Shown: one piece after another, positions 62,830-63,717 of the stretch
Numbering within the stretch: position 1 is the first letter of the stretch
Layout: each line of letters begins with the position of its first letter
Source of the DNA: Octopus bimaculoides
Lineage: Eukaryota
Direction: 5' to 3'
Length of the DNA: 63,717 nucleotides
Assembly (NCBI RefSeq): GCF_001194135.2
Contig: NC_068997.1
Span: 47,423,627-47,487,343 of the forward strand
Notes under the pieces: generated by a model
Told to the model about the DNA's origin: nothing
Database searches by the model: none
Seen by the model: only the letters and a program-made list of their open reading frames with translations
Position numbers and translations under genes: made by a program

Positions 62830-63215
62830 CTTATTTCCCACTAACTACATGGTTCCAGGTTCAATCCCACTGCGTGGCACCTTGGGCAAGTGTCTTCTAC
62901 TACAGGCTCGGGCCGACCAAGACCTTGTGAGTGGATTTGGTAGAGGGAAACTGAAAGAAGCCCCGTCGAATATGTGTGCGCGCGCGCATGTTGTGTATGC
63001 GTGTGTGTATGTGTCTTATGTCTTCCCCACCACCTCTTGAAAACCGGTGTTTGTCAGTTTACGTCCCCGTAACTTAGCAGTTCGGCAAAACTGACCGATA
63101 TGATAAGCAGCAGGCTTAAAAAGAAAGTCCTGGGGTCGATTCGTTCGACTAAATACTCTTCAGGGCAGTGCCCCAGCATGGCCGCAGTCTAATAACTGAA
63201 ACAGGTAAATGTTAA
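62830..63215 (+). mobile_element. Near full-length SINE family B
   Basis: catggttccaggttcaatcccactgcgtggcaccttgggcaagtg...gtgccccagcatggccgcagtc. Confidence 0.88.
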
Positions 63216-63389
63216 ATGATAAAAGATACTCGAAATCGATTAGGGTAGTTTTTTAGAATATAAATTTATGCCATGAACTTATTCAGCGAAATATGAAATC
63301 GATATTCTTAGTAGAGACACCTTACATGTCGAACCAATCGATGTTTCATCTAGGAACTTTTTATTATTCAGTATTCTGAGCTTTTACCT

Positions 63390-63705
63390 TTTAACGTCTT
63401 TTACTTGCTTCAGTCATAAGCCCGCGGCCATGCTGGGGCACCGCCTTGAAAAGTTTTTAGTCGAATGAATCGACTCCAGTACCCCATTTTTTTTTTCTTT
63501 TGAAAGCCTGGTGCTTACCCTATCGGACTGTCAAGCGGTGGGGTTGGGGACAAACACAGGCAAAAAGACACAAACACACAAGACGAATTACTTTGAGTTT
63601 TCTTCTATCAAATCCGCTCACAGGACTTTGGTCGACCTGAACAGACTGAACCCGGAACCATGTGGTTGGGATGCAAAGTTGTACTACACAGCCACGCCTG
63701 TGCCT
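63390..63705 (-). mobile_element. SINE family B, degenerate; inverted relative to 62830-63215
   Basis: cttttacttgcttcagtcat..gcggccatgctggggcaccgcc and cccggaaccatgtggttggg. Confidence 0.8.
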
Positions 63706-63717
63706 ATTTAAAATTAA

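Overview
This is a eukaryotic, AT-rich, repeat-saturated window with five assembly gaps. It is most likely from an octopus (coleoid cephalopod): I recognise the SINE families from memory, the (CA)n/(TA)n microsatellites are dense, and a mitochondrial ND4 remnant reads in the invertebrate mitochondrial code. I could not support any intact host protein-coding gene; nearly all ORF-track entries are microsatellite, SINE or N-gap artefacts. The window is intergenic or deep intronic and is a fossil record of mobile DNA. It holds about 40 SINE copies of at least four families. LINE remnants are Tx1/L1-like, RTE, CR1/L2-like and Penelope-like. Other remnants include Gypsy pol, two Helitron pieces (one with an intact 3' terminus), mariner, a FLYWCH-MULE transposase, and piggyBac-, pogo/Tigger- and hAT-type MITEs. 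The most unusual observations are: (1) an ND4 NUMT fused in sense orientation directly upstream of an RTE LINE 3' end, the layout of a reverse-transcriptase template-switch chimera; (2) two copies of an 8-bp-TSD foldback transposon with telomeric (CCCTAA/TTAGGG) repeats at its centre; (3) several near-perfect hairpins, up to 107-bp arms; (4) an ORF1-only (HAL1-like) retroelement; (5) an unassigned decayed reading frame bracketed by 39-bp inverted repeats. No CRISPR array, rRNA or true tRNA gene was found. All family assignments come from hand translation and motif recall, not from database searches, and many boundaries are approximate.
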